Source: Mobula hypostoma
Lineage: Eukaryota
Assembly: GCF_963921235.1 (NCBI RefSeq)
Contig: NC_086108.1
Location: 21,390,001-21,454,000, forward strand
Direction of reading: 5' to 3'
Length of the DNA: 64,000 nucleotides
The translations under genes were made by a program, and so were the position numbers. Under the pieces are notes generated by a model. It saw only the letters and a list, made by a program, of their open reading frames with translations. It searched no databases and was not told the DNA's origin. Of the stretch, positions 50,601 through 63,872 are shown piece after piece. How positions within the stretch are numbered: the first letter of the stretch is position 1; every line of letters begins with the position of its first letter.

Positions 50601-52435
50601 CCAAGTTGGAAATCCAGGCTTACCAGAGGGCTGCCAGTAGACTATGGCAGGGTCTAAATGAGATCACTGGGTGCAAAGAAAAGGCTGGGAGTATCAATAA
50701 CTGTGGCGCTTCTCTTCCTGATGAACTTAACGTATGCTACGCAAGATTCAAACAGAAGAGGAGTGTCCTGCTCCCTCCGGATGAACCGGACCTGGTGGCA
50801 TCGAGATTCATGGTCACCGAGGAGGACGTTAGAAGGGCCTTCCTGAAGATAAATCCAAGGAAGGCGACGGGCCCAGATGGCGTCCCAGGATGGGTTCTCC
50901 GGACCTGTGCAAGCGAGCTAGCTGGAGTGCTTGCTGACATCTTCAACTGCTCCTTGCTTCAGTCTAAGATCCCCTCGTGTTTTAAGAAGGCAATGATAAT
51001 CCCAGTGCTGAAGAAGAGCAAGGTGGCATGCCTGAATGACTATCGACCTGTGGCTCTGACATCAATTGCTATGAAGTGCTTCGAGAGATTGGTTATGGCA
51101 CACATCAACCACAGCCTACCGGTCAACCTCGATGCTTTGCAATTCGCCTACTGGAGCAACAGGTCAACGGCAGATGCCATCTCTCTGGCCTTACATTCCT
51201 CCTTAGAACACCTGGAGAATAAAGACGCATATGTAAGGTTCCTTTTCATTGACTACAGCTCTGTCTTTCAATACCATCATTCCAAATAAACTGATTTCTA
51301 AGCTCTGGAACCTGGGCCTTAGCACTCAGATCTGCAGCTGGATCTTCAACTTCCTCACAGACAGGACCCAGGCTGTAAAAATAGGGGACAAGCTCTCCTC
51401 TACAATCAGTCTGAGCACCGGTGCCCCATAAGGCTGTGTACTCAGCCCCCTGCTGTACTCACTGTACACGCATGATTGTGTAGCCAAGTTTCCTTAAGTT
51501 TGCTGATGACACAACAATTGTAGGCTGTATCTCAGGTAATAATGAGTTTGAGTACAGAGAGGAAATTAAGAACCTGGTGGCATGGTGCGAAGACAATAAC
51601 CTATCCCTCAATGTCAGCAAGATGAAGAAATTGGTTGTTGACTTCAGAAGGAGTAGCGGACCGCACGACCCACTTTACATCGGTGGTGCGCAAGTGGAAC
51701 AGGTCAAAAGCTTTGAGTTCCTCGGGGTCAATATCACAAATGGCTTGACTTGGTCCAACCAAGCAGAGTTCACTGCCAAGAAGGCCCACCAGCGCCTTTA
51801 CTTCCTGAGAAAACTAAAGAAATTTGGCCTGTCCCCTAAAACCCTCACTAACTTTTATAGAGGCATCATAGAAAGCATTCTTCTAGGGTGCATCACAACC
51901 TGGTATGGAATTTGTCCTGTCCAAGACCGAAAGAAGCTGCAGAAGATCGTGAACATGGTGCAGCACTTCACACAAACCAATCTTCAGTCCTTGGACTCAC
52001 TTTACACCGCACGCTGTCGGAGCAATGCTGCCAGGATAATCAAGGACACGACCCACCCAGCCAACACACTATTCGTCCCTCTTCCCTCCGGGAGAAGTCT
52101 CAGGAGCTTGAAGACTTGTATGGCCAGATTTGGGAACAGCTTCTTTCCAACCGTAATAAGACTGCTGAACGGATCCTGACCCAGATCTGGGCCGTACCAT
52201 CTAAATATCTGGACCTGCCTCTCGTTTTTTTGCACTACCCTACTTCCCATCTTTCTATTTTCCATTTATGATTTATAATTTAAAATTTTAATATTTACTA
52301 ATTTTTACTATTTTTAATATTTTAAATATTTAATATTTGTAATCCAGGGAGCGGGAAGCATAGAATCAAATATCGCTGTGATGATTGAACGTTCTAGTAT
52401 GAATTGCTTGGTGACAATAAAGTATAAAGTATAAA
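47646..52435 (+). mobile_element. Rex1/Babar LINE, probably full length, pseudogenised
   Basis: 5' AAGATAGCGCC; RKRGKRAG..ILLANVQAIE|NK; FSETWL, AGDFN; KATGPDG, DYRPVALT, KFADD; FFPTVIRLLN; AATAAAGTATAAAGTAT tail. Confidence 0.9.
48483..49627 (-). mobile_element. hAT-Charlie non-autonomous element nested in Rex1
   Basis: 8-bp TSD CCATAGAG (48475-48482 / 49628-49635); TIR CAG(G/C)GGTCCCCAAC; dimerisation-domain remnant FWIKV..YPE...LLPFPTYLC. Confidence 0.9.
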
Positions 52436-55354
52436 AGATCCTGGAAATTTAATTCCATCATACGTTTTAAGAAACTTGCACCCTCTGCTGTTTCAGAGAC
52501 TAACCTCTGACATCCCCATCAATTATTTCGCTTTTTCAGTCTTCAAGTCGTTCCACACAGTAAAAACAGAGCAGAAGTACTCATTGAAGACTTCTCCCTT
52601 CTCCGGATAATGTACTGGAAACAGTTGAAATTTTCACGTAGCATTGTAAAGATGAGTAATGCAACTCGCAATAAAATTTTAAAGGGAAAGGAAAAAAAAC
52701 AAATAATTCTCAGAATGTACATTGGCTTATTATGCCACAAACTAACTTTAGCCAGTTGATTATCATCTGACAATATATACAATATATTCAGCAATGAAAA
52801 CCCAAAGGAGCACAGAAATTATCTCCTTCCCAGTCTGTCATGAAATCAGATTTCTGTTTTATTCCAAATCTGCTTCTTTACCTGTGATATCAGTTGCATC
52901 ATCTTCAATGCCTTTGAAAACAACTCACTTGAGGATATGGGCAACAACTTTGTCCTTTATAAGCTACTAAACTGACTTCAGTTGTTTATTGCATTAGGTC
53001 TTCTCATATTATTTCATTACAACTTGAGGCCATTCTGTCCATTGAATCTATCTAAAGTCTAAAAGCATTCTTTATCAGTTCTATTCATCCACTTATTTCC
53101 CTCTAATTTCTACTTTAAAAATGAGTCAGGATTAAGCCCAGAGTTCTTCAGCTTCAGAGTTAACTTCTGTGCCATTGTGTATTTTGAATCCCTGTTTCCT
53201 TTCCATCCAAAGTACCTTAATAAAGATATTTTGGATAGAAAGTAAATTAAAAAGAAAATAGAAATTCACTTATTGTAATCCATCCAAGTGAACTTCTTGT
53301 TGATCCAGTAAAGGAAATTGGCAAAAGTAAGGCAATCACTCAATCAATCAACTGGGTAGGAAGATGCATGTAATGCATGTAGTTGTGGGGGGGGGGGTGC
53401 ATTTTTGCAGTGAGGCAAAAGGCACCATATGACTTAGTTTGGTGCAAGCCAACTATATGTTTCTGTTTGCAAGTAAATAGTATGAACTTGCTCTTAAACA
53501 AAGCCCTGGCACTCCCTCCAGATACCTGGAACAACTCCTGTCCAAGAGGAAACAACTAATAAAAGTGTTTGAAAACCTACAGATTATCAATTCTTTAAAA
53601 CAATGTATTAAAAAGATCATTAATCATGCTTTATGGTAACATAACCATTTAGCCACCTATCAGTGATGATCTGGAACCGAACCCACATCCCAAGAAATGG
53701 ATGGTTAAGAAATATTGCTTACAGAAATATGTAATTGTGGTCCTGCTAGACTTTGTATAATATAAAGCATTTTTTCAATTTAACACAAGGGATTTTCACA
53801 GTTTTAATCAGTAACACATTTAATAATATCCAACATATTCACTTTATAAAAAACATACATACACATGCACAAATACATGGCCCATAATTAAAAGCTTATT
53901 AAAAATAGAAAGCCATAAAGAAGAATGACACTTTTTCTCGTAACTTTCCCTCTCTGAAATAGGTTGATATAAAAAGTTAACCTTTGTGATTGATGACACT
54001 GTTCATTCACAGTAAGTGGAATAGCTGTATTCTTTTAATACTCCAACTGTTATGTTAGGTCTGGCTAAAATGGCACTGTCTCACTGTAATATGTGGCATG
54101 GAAAGCACTTTCTCACTTCAATGATCATTCTGGACAATTGCCCAAGATGTAATTTTTTAAATATTGTAAGATAAAGAACTGCTCTTTCCATCCGAAGGCA
54201 ATGAATTCTGGTCACTACTACACATATTAAGAGTGTGATGTTATTCTCTGAAGGGAAAAAAAGGTCTAGCTTTGGCACAACATTAAGCACCAGAAAAGTG
54301 TGTTCAAGAATGAAGCATATTAAGTGTGAGCTATGTAACATTTTCTTCATCTCTATTCTTACCCGAAAGAACTGTGTAAGTGAGGACCTTCACCAGAAGG
54401 GTATAGTAACACAAGGTGGCTTACCAGCACCTTCCCCAGGCCTTTTGGGCATAGAGAATAAATGCTCTATGAGAGCAATGTCTACATCATGAAAATAAAA
54501 TAAATCTGTAATATGTTTGTGCACACATTCAAAAAAATGTTTCTTTTTTGTGTTTGGTGTATTTTTACACAAATGGTTCCATACACTTGGAACAGAAACT
54601 CAGAGCAGACAGCTGCCCAAACTCTGTTCTCATCAATTCAGCCACGTCAACAGAGATGTTACTGTGTCACAGCTGTTTCACATCAGCACTGCCAAGCTGC
54701 TTCCGTTCAATTACATATTGCAAGCATTCTGAAGCTTATGTTATTGCTGTGCAAAGCTGCCTGTCATTAAGGTTATGGTAGCAATTAGTTCATACTAGGT
54801 GAATCCACCACATGAAGGGTCAGTGTAACAAATGCTCCTTGTACAGTCATGAAAAGAAACCTTGCTGAGTTCCTTTCCAACTTTTGCCAGGAGGTTAATA
54901 TGTCACTGGAAATGCACTTTAATAATGTGATGATAGCTTCTGTAGAAACATTCTATTAATTTTTCTGCTGTGTGAAGATGTATGTATAACAGATAACATT
55001 TTAAAACAATAATCTAAATGAAATTATCCTTACATCTTTTGGGTGAAATATTTAATTGAGGCAACATATGCTCTACCAATCAGTATATAGGAATTTACAG
55101 GACATTTTGATGACAGGCAAATTCTCCCATTGTCAGCCCCACTACTTACCATTCAATTGAGATTTGTTGCTAGAGTCATAGAGTTATACAGCTATAGGCA
55201 CAGAAAGAGGCTCTTCAACCCAACTGTGCCAGTCAAGGTGACCATCCAAGCTTGTCACATTTGCCCAGGTTTGGCTGAAAACCCTCTAAATCTCTATCTA
55301 GCTGTCAAATTGCTTTAAATGTTATTGTACCTGACCGAAGCCTTGTTCCGGACA

Positions 55355-57150
55355 CAGCTGCAAGAAAAAGTTCGTAAACCTTTTGCAATTAACTAGTTTT
55401 CTGCATTAATTATTTATAAAATGTGGTCTGATCTTCATCTAGTTCACAACAATAGACAAGCACACTCAGCCTAAACAAATGAGCCACAAACAATTGTACT
55501 TTTCATGTTTTTACTGAACACTTTGTTTCATCATTCACAGTCCAGGCTAAAGAAAGTATGTGAACCTCTGTATTTAACTGGTAAAACCTTTTACAGCTGC
55601 TGATCAGATTTGCACAACAGCAAGGAGGAATTTTAGACCATTCCTTCATTAAAAAAAACCATTTGAGTTCAATATTTCTAGCATATCTTGCATGAACAGT
55701 CCTCTTCAGGTCATGTCACAGCTTCTCAATTGGGTTAAGGTCTAGACTCTGACTTGATCATTCCAAAATACTAACTTTCTTCTTTTGAAACTATTCTGTC
55801 GTTGATTCGCTCGTGTTTCAGATCATTGTCTTCTCGCATCATCCAACTTTGATTAAGCTTCAGCTGACGGACCGCTATCCTGACATTCTCCTGTGAAATA
55901 TTTTGATACAATTTTGAATTCATTGTTCCTTCAACGATCGCAAGCTCTCCAAGCCCTGAGGCAGCAAAGCAGCCCCAAACCATGATGCTCCTTCCACCAT
56001 GCTTCACAGCTGGGATGACATTTTGGTGTTGGTGTACAGTGTCCTTTTTCCTTTTGTGCATTTCTGCCCAAGAGTTCAATTTTTGTCTCATCTGTCCACA
56101 GAATATTGTCCCAGAAGCATTGTGGAACATCCAAGTGGTCTGTTGCAAACTTGAGACGTGCAGCATTTTTTTTATTTGGAGAGCAGTGGTTTCCTCCATG
56201 GTGTCCTTTCATGAATACCATACTTGTTCAGTGTTTTTCTTATAGTGGACACATGAACAGTGACTTTAGCAAGTTCAAGAAATTTCTCAGGTCTTTTGCT
56301 GTTACCCTTGGGTTCTTCTTCACCTCCTTCAGCATTGCACATCATGCTCTTGGTATACACAAAATACTCTGCAGATGCCGGAGTCAAAGCAACATGCACA
56401 ACACGCTGGAGGAACTCAGAAGGTTGGGCAGCATCTGTGGAAACGAACAGTCAACGTTTCCGGCTGAGACCCTTCGTCAGGACTCCGTGGAAACAAACGA
56501 GTCCTGGTGTAGGGTCTCGGCTTGAAACATTGACTGTTCATTTCCACGGATGCTGTCCAACCTGCTGATGCTCTTGGTATGTTCTTTGCAGGACACCCAC
56601 TCCTAGGGAGAGTAGCAACAGTACTGAATTTCCTCCATTTGTAGACAATTTCTCTTACTGTAGACTGATGAACATTCAGATCTTTAGAAATGCTTCTGTA
56701 GCCTTTTCTAGCTTCATGTATCTCTACAATTCTTCTTTCTGAAAGTTGGTTTGATCAAGGCATGGTGCACATAAACAGATCTTTCTTGAGAAGAACAGCT
56801 CTGCCAGTAACTTGACTTTGTGTGTCTGTGTGTCATTTTTATAGGCCAGGATGCCTCTACAACCCACATCTCCAATCTCATCTCATTAATTGAAACACCT
56901 GACTCCAAATAGCTTTTGTAGAAAGCATTACCCCAGAGTTTCACAAACTTTTTTGAACTTAGTCTGTGATTGTTTAAATGGCGTACTTCGTATTGATGAG
57001 AAGAAGTACAATTGTTTCTGTGTTGTTAGTTTAGGCAGATTGTGTTTGTCTATTATTGTGATTTGGATGAAGATAGCACTACATTTTATGAGTAATTAAT
57101 GCGGAAAAACAGGTAATTGCAAAGGGTTCACAATTTTTTTCTAGCAAATG
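55355..57150 (-). mobile_element. Tc1-like DNA transposon with long (~200-bp) TIRs and a decayed transposase
   Basis: ILWTDETKIE, VKHGG.SIMVWGCF, DND.KH; long inverted termini; TA at 57151-57152. Confidence 0.9.
56357..56567. mobile_element. Penelope-derived palindromic mini-element with two opposed hammerhead motifs, nested in Tc1
   Basis: 13-bp TSD ATGCTCTTGGTAT (56344-56356 / 56568-56580); hammerhead-like 56449-56484 (-) and 56500-56535 (+). Confidence 0.85.
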
Positions 57151-58489
57151 TACATATCACCTCTGTGTGAATAAGTTGCCTTCCAGTTCCTATAAATCTT
57201 ATTTCTAATCTTAACTCAAAGTTATTGTTGTTCAACACATGTCTAGTATTTCAATGGCCAGGAACTTCAGGTATTTTTAAACAGCACTGCTGAAAAATTA
57301 TGTTATTTTTGTTCACAGGAGTTGTTTCAGGTAGTGTGTGGCAGTGATTCCAGAGGAAAAATTCCAAAGATCAAGTTCTTGCAAAATGAAAGCTATCAAA
57401 ATTGTTGCATCCAGAGATATCAGTTTACAGTTTACAATGTAGGCATCTGTGCTTGTCAGCCTTTTAGCCTTTCGGCACTGAAGGTCTTTCTGTTGAAGGA
57501 CCAAGCAAGCTAAGGAGCTACATCTTTCCTTAATCAGTTAAAGCAAATTTAGTCTTTAACCTGAAACATCAATTTGCCTTTCTCTCCACAGATTCTGCCA
57601 CACTTGTTGAATTGAATGCCTCCAGCATTTTCTGATTTTAGTTCAGATTTCGAACAACTACAGTTCTCGTGATTTTTCAAAGTGAATGTTTAATGGGCCA
57701 AAGGTAGGTGCTTGTGTCTGGCAGTTCTGACTCAGAAACTCATAACAACATTCTTTAATTTTTCACCCTTCAAAAAATACTTCTTAGAATTCTTTTCAAA
57801 AATGGATCTCACATTTTTTCACTTTAAATTTCATTTTCCGTTGCCTCATTCATTCATTTAACAAGTTTCTGCTCCCCTGAAATCTCTCTGTCTCCCTACT
57901 ACTCACATCATCTATCTTTCTATCATTAGCAAACTTGAGACATTTTACACTTGGTTCCTTATTGATATCGTTAACATAAATTGCAAACAGTCAGGTACAA
58001 TACTGACCTCCAACGCTGCCCATTTGGACCTTGCACATTCTCTCTGTGACTGTGTGGCCTTGTCCACTCTAGCTTACTGTTCTTTTGATAACATAATATA
58101 CTTTTACCTTTGACACCATTTTGAAATTTGTCTTTTTTGCCTTAAAATTTTAAATATTTTTATCAGCAAAAACTCTTGCTTTCAGGAAGCAAACAAATCA
58201 CTTTAAATGTAATTTGCCAATTTAATATATTCAACTTCATACTTGTCTTCTTTGTTGAGACTTAGACCTTGATTTCAAGTTGAATGTCATCACTTTCAGT
58301 CTGTTGACTGCACTCTATTATACTGTTTCCTTAGAAAATTATCAATTCTCTTTACACGGTACCCCACCTAAAATAGTTCCCTTGATAGCTCCTCAGTATA
58401 TTGATCTGGAAAAACACTTCTTAAACACTTAGTGAATTCAATCTATCCTGGAGTGTACAATTGGGATATCCTGGAATCCCAAGCTGATC

Positions 58490-59056
58490 ATAAGACCATA
58501 AGATACAGGAGCAGAATTAATCTATTTGGCCCATTGAGCCCGCTCCGCTATTTCCTCATGGCTCATCGATTTCCCTCCCAGCCCCAATCTCCTGTCTTCT
58601 TGCTGTAACCCTTCATGCTGGACTTATTTCCTGGCATAATTTAAATATTACTATTTAATTATTTATGGCTTTGTTACTACTTAATTATTCATGGTGCAAG
58701 TGTAACGAAAACCAATTTCCCTCCGGATCAATAAAGTATGACTATGACTATGCCCTGACCAGTCAAGAATCTATCAACCTCTACCTTAAATATATATAAA
58801 GACTTGGCCTCCACAGCCACCTGTGGCAATACATTCCACAGATTCACTACTCTCTGGCTAAAGAAATTCATCCTCATCTTCATTCTAAAAGGATGTCCCT
58901 CTTTGCTGACATTGTGTCCTCTGGTCTTAGAGTCCCCCACCATAGGAAACATCCACTCCACATCCACTCTATTAAGGCCTTTCACTATTCCATAGGTTTC
59001 AATGAGGTCACCCCTCTTCTTCTGAACGCTGGTGAATACAGGGCCAGAGTCATCAA
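58490..59056 (-). mobile_element. Old CR1 3' end with a nested plus-strand Rex1 tail (~58620-58752)
   Basis: [19 protein letters not shown]; the inserted tail matches the reverse complement of 39682-39820. Confidence 0.8.
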
Positions 59057-59565
59057 AGAATACTAAGTATTTATAGAAAAATAAACCATGGAAAGAAATC
59101 CTTTGGCCCAACTTGCCCTTGATGATCAAGATGTCCATCTAATCGTATCCTAGTTGTCTGTATTAGGCCTATATACCGCTCAACCTTTCCCATCCATGTA
59201 CCTGTCTACATGTTTAAATTATGCTTTTTCATACGTGTCAAACTTTGCCTCTGGCAGCACATTTAACACACATACAGTATCACCTTCCGCAAGAAGTTCC
59301 TTCATCACCGTCTCAATGACCACCTACTTTGTATATCAGCTGCAAGCATATTAACCACGCCTTAAACATTGCAATACAGAGACATCACTTTGCGGCCATG
59401 TCTCTACAATGAGTTTGTACTTATTTATATTTATTTCATTAATGCTGGAGCCATTCAAGTAAAGAATGTTCAATTATGCCTTTTTAAGCATCTTTTATCT
59501 TCTGGTAAGGTGGCAGTATGTTCGGACACAACAGCCTCCCTGGGGCCAACCAAAGGCGTTTCTGA

Positions 59566-59701
59566 ATCACAAATTAGAAAATCTGCAGCTGCTGGAAATC
59601 TGAGCAACACACGTAAAATGCTGGAGGAACTCAGCAAGCCAAGCAGCATCTATGGATAAGAGTACAGTCGACATTTCGGGCCAAAACCCTTCGGCAGGAC
59701 T
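59566..59701 (-). mobile_element. Penelope pLTR fragment with a degenerate hammerhead motif
   Basis: Similar to the other pLTR copies; motif at 59666-59701. Confidence 0.7.
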
Positions 59702-59769
59702 GAAAGGTGTTTTGACCTTTTTTAAACATTCTTTCTTTACAATTGCAGGGCAATGCTGATCATTAAGAA

Positions 59770-60448
59770 CTTCAGCTGCTGGAAGTCTACTCCATTAGCA
59801 AGCTGCTTGTTGAGAAGGAGCTGGAGGAGCTGGATGGTGCTGACCGTGTTACTGCTTGCTGCAAGAAGGCATTGGAGCCAGTGTGCAAAGGCGTTGGGCA
59901 GTCTAACAGCCAGTGAATGCCTTGGACGTTTCTCTTGCGAATGCAAAACCCTGTTGGACATCGATAATGTAAAATACTGCAAGTCCATTTCCCTTGATTA
60001 TTGGGGAGACAGATTGCAAGGGAGCTGTGTGGACTCGGTCATAACAAAGAATAAGCCTGCATTATGCCACAGACTTGCATTCCAGAAGCGGAGATGCCAG
60101 AGGTAGTGTAGCATGGCACCCATGCTCGGCTGGCAGCTGCTCTCCAGTGTTTGATCAGTGGGATGACAAGTTGGACTGTGTGCATGTGTATGCAAGTTTG
60201 CCTGCAGACTGCTGACAACTTCTTGCTCCTGCTGATAACACCCATGCACCATCAATTTACAAGACATGACACTCAGGGACTTTTGGCTATAATATATTTT
60301 TTTTCAGTGTGACTGTATATTTACTGCTATCTTATATGTGCCTTGTGCTGTGTGACTGTTGGTACTGTGTTTTGCACCTTGGCCCCATAGAAACACTGTT
60401 TCATTTAGCTGCATTGGTTCAACGATAATTAAATTTGAACTTGAACTT
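59770..60448 (+). mobile_element. Decayed SINE-like element with a Rex1-type tail
   Basis: TTGAAC-type tail at ~60435-60448 and TG-rich 3' region; 5' boundary uncertain. Confidence 0.35.
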
Positions 60449-62391
60449 TATGTATGTCCTCAGGAATGAGATTGGCCTGTTTTTACCTCACTTACATGAT
60501 TTCTAGCACTGACCAATTATATGGTTTAATCTGACTAATCTGACGGGTGTGCTCTTACAAAAACAAGCTCTGTCTCTTCTATGACACAGGGTGGATTCAA
60601 TACTGATTTTTTTTAACCATGTTCTTTCCAAACTTCCTCTCACCACAATCTCCTCTCAGTCTCAATATTCAGCTATATGTCTTATCTGTAGGTCCAGATA
60701 ATTTGATACTTGTGAGGAATTAAAATCAAAACATAAGTTTTAATTTCATGTTGAATAAAATAGAGAAGAAACTCGATGATTATTTCAGTTGCCATGCAGT
60801 AATGAAGTGCAGAACTGTAGCATAATACAGTGTTTCCTTTCTTTATAAAAATGCAATAATTAAAAGCAGAGGTTCAACTGCACACATTCTGTAACATTTT
60901 ATTGATGTCTTTGGTGAGATGTCAAGGATTTGTTTCTGGTTTTGGAATCAATGCCAGTGTATTCTTTGCCTGGAGGGCAAACAGGAATGGGTAAAATGGA
61001 TTTATTCTTGGTCAATCCAAAACATAAATGGACATCAGTGGTCTGGCTTAGATTGGAGCAAGGAGTTCAGGAATTTAAATTTAAATATGGAAGTTATCCT
61101 TACTTACCTCTTCTTTGAAGCCAGATAGATGCAACACAACAAATTGTTAGTAATTCCATGGCAATTCTAAAATTCCATTCAATTAATCCTTACCATCTTA
61201 TAAGTGTAAGATTATATTAAACCGATGCTTCATCAATTTGCAATTAAACCAAGATGTCTTCCAAATGTCTATGATGCTATAATTACAATCCACCTCTCAA
61301 TTATGATAACTAAAGCTTTCTGAAAATTTATGAAATTGGGAAGTATTTTCAACATATTGAGAGATTAATGATCCAGAATGAACAGAGAAAATCATTCAGT
61401 CCTTTTACTGACCTTCTACTTATTTAGTTCATGTGCCTATCTGCACTTCAGCTTCACTTACCAAAAGAATTTTGATACCCGTATCAAATAGAAAATGTCA
61501 ATATAATTCTCAAGCTTTAAAACCAATGAAAACCCCAACATCTCCCAGTCTAGTCTTCCTCACATTCATCTGGGAACTGCTGTCTAAATTGGGTAAATGT
61601 CCCACTGGAAAAGTTATCTTCACTGAATCATACCTTACAGACAACATGCCAGACACCTCTATCTCTGGCTGTATAGACTCCAACCAGTGACACACTGTAT
61701 AGTCCTGACAGACCTCATTATTAACTCCAACTCTCATGAAGCCTCGTAGGCAATGAGAAAGTCTCCAGATTATCACCCACTCTCCTCCTTCAGTACTCCT
61801 CACTTCAAAGAAGCACTGAGAGCAACCAGGTCACAAAGTTTATTTTGGACATGGTACATCACTGACTGCCAGCTAGGTCTGTAATTGGAAGTAAGTGAAA
61901 CAACATGAGGCATAAATCTATTTGACCCTCATCCTCACCAATCCACAGCAGTAAGTATCTATGTCTCCCGTATCAGTAGACACTGTACACTCCTTTTAGG
62001 CACAAAGCCCTATCTTCACATTGAGGATACTCCTAATCATAGTGTGTGATATTAAAAAAGTGCTGAATGTCAGAACAGATCTGACAGCTCAAAACTGGAT
62101 AACCAAGAGAACCATGAATCATTACAAGCATCAGGATGTACAAGACAGCCAGTTCTTGGTAAATAATAACATTTATTCTACCATTACCTTCTTACTGCAT
62201 TTGTCTTGTTGAATGGCATTCCAGGAGCAATATCAGGATTAGTGTAGAAGTGTGCTTGATGGTCAGCACAGATTTTATTGTCCAATACACCCCATTATTG
62301 ATTGTACAACTCTATCACTCCAAATGTTAATAGTACAGATGTAATTTCACAAATATATAACTGAAGTATAACCTTCATAACTGAGCATTCA

Positions 62392-62545
62392 CACCAAAGT
62401 TGCTGGTGAACGCAGCAGGCCAGGCAACATGCTGCCTGGCGACTGTACCTCTTCCTAGAGATGCTGCCTGGCCTGCTGCGTTCACCAGCAACTTTGATGT
62501 GTGTTGCTTGAATTTCCAGCATCTGCAGAGTTCCTGTTGTTTGCG
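62392..62545. mobile_element. Penelope-derived palindromic mini-element lacking the hammerhead core
   Basis: 14-bp TSD TAACTGAGCATTCA (62378-62391 / 62546-62559); ~32-bp inverted repeat 62395-62426 vs 62466-62497. Confidence 0.85.
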
Positions 62546-62768
62546 TAACTGAGCATTCAATTGTGTTTGCAATATATCAGAACACTGGTTAGCTTTCCTT
62601 GCCTAATCTACACGATACCCATTTGTGAATCATGAACTGTATCAACATTTAGATCAGGGTTTCCTAACCTGGGGTCCATGGACCCCTCGATTAATGGTAA
62701 GGGTCCGTGGCGTAAAGGTTGGGATCTCCCCCTGGGGGCGGTGGGACTTCCTAAGGAGCGCTCAGTAG

Positions 62769-63571
62769 CAATGTTCCCTCTAATTTGTAATGTCCAGAGC
62801 GTGTTATTTTGTGCTATGCAATTTATCGCCCAGTGACAACATGTGCACATTGAATTTTATATATAGAGGCATTCATTTCAACAGCTAGCAAAGCACTGTC
62901 AATAAGAACTCTGATCTCCTTTAGGTTTGATCATTTTCACTCTTGTTCATCTGCGCTCTCACAAAACAGAAGTAGCAGGCCTGTAGTGGGTAATGGAAGG
63001 CTTTCTCTCCGGAGCTTTTGCACACCATGCGTATGTAATTTACTTGCTAAATGACACTTTAAAAGTCAAGTTTCCAAATATTACTCCACTTCGTCCCACT
63101 TGTAAACTTTCTAGCAACTTTTCTATTACAATAATACACGTAGATAACATCAGTTTCTGTATTGTACATAAATATTTCTCATAGCTGCACGTTCCAGACC
63201 TCATGAGCTTTCGGTGTAGCAGTTTCTACTGTTTCATTAAGCCATTCTGTTTTAAATGAACTAGCAATTCTTCTGCACTTCGCGCCCTTTGCTTCTTTAG
63301 AATTCAACATAATGAATCAATAATTTCTTCAATAAATACAATATAAATAAGCCAGTTCTAAAATCTGTAGACAAATCATCGCAAACTCCATGTTGTCAAC
63401 ACTGCCCACATCAGAAATGGGAAAAGGAAATGTGATTGTGTATGATCATGAAATACACTTAACATGCCAATGAGGTAGAAGGTGACAACCTTTTGTGCAC
63501 TTTAAATTGTTTTGTGAACTAGTAGCAAAAGATGTGTGTGCGCACACACGCACACCTTAGAGGGAACATTG
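62769..63571 (-). mobile_element. hAT non-autonomous element (possibly Tip100-like)
   Basis: TIR CAATGTTCCCTCTAA / TTAGAGGGAACATTG; 8-bp TSD CTCAGTAG / CTCAATAG (7 of 8 match). Confidence 0.8.
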
Positions 63572-63872
63572 CTCAATAGCAAGGTGGTGGGAGCTGTGGG
63601 ATTACAAGCTTAATTTAAGAAAAGAATTAATTATTATAACCATTTGATCCTCAGTGCCTCATAATTGATTACAATGATCATGTAATCACCTCATCTCTTG
63701 CTAACCTGTGCTCTCTCAGATTTTGGCATATCCTGAGAAAGCTGGACAGAAGAAATTGTGTTATTTCTGAAGCTGACCTATGCATCATTACTGTTCAGTA
63801 CTACAGTTAGTATTAGCTAGTATGATTCCCATACTCTGTTCCTGCGAATTAGGATATGGCGCTCAAAGGGGT

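Noticed and set aside
54425..54505. 81-nt minus-strand candidate exon (AG...GTAAGC)
   Set aside because: Weak polypyrimidine tract, no ATF6 similarity, and a stop codon in the phase the ATF6 intron requires.
61108..61166. 59-nt minus-strand candidate exon with a strong GTAAGT donor
   Set aside because: No reading frame resembles ATF6 and the acceptor is poor.
62655..62734. Tiny Charlie-like MITE (CAGGGTTTCCTAACCT...AGGTTGGGATCTCCCCCTG)
   Set aside because: TIRs are degenerate and there is no matching 8-bp TSD, so it is plausible but unsupported.
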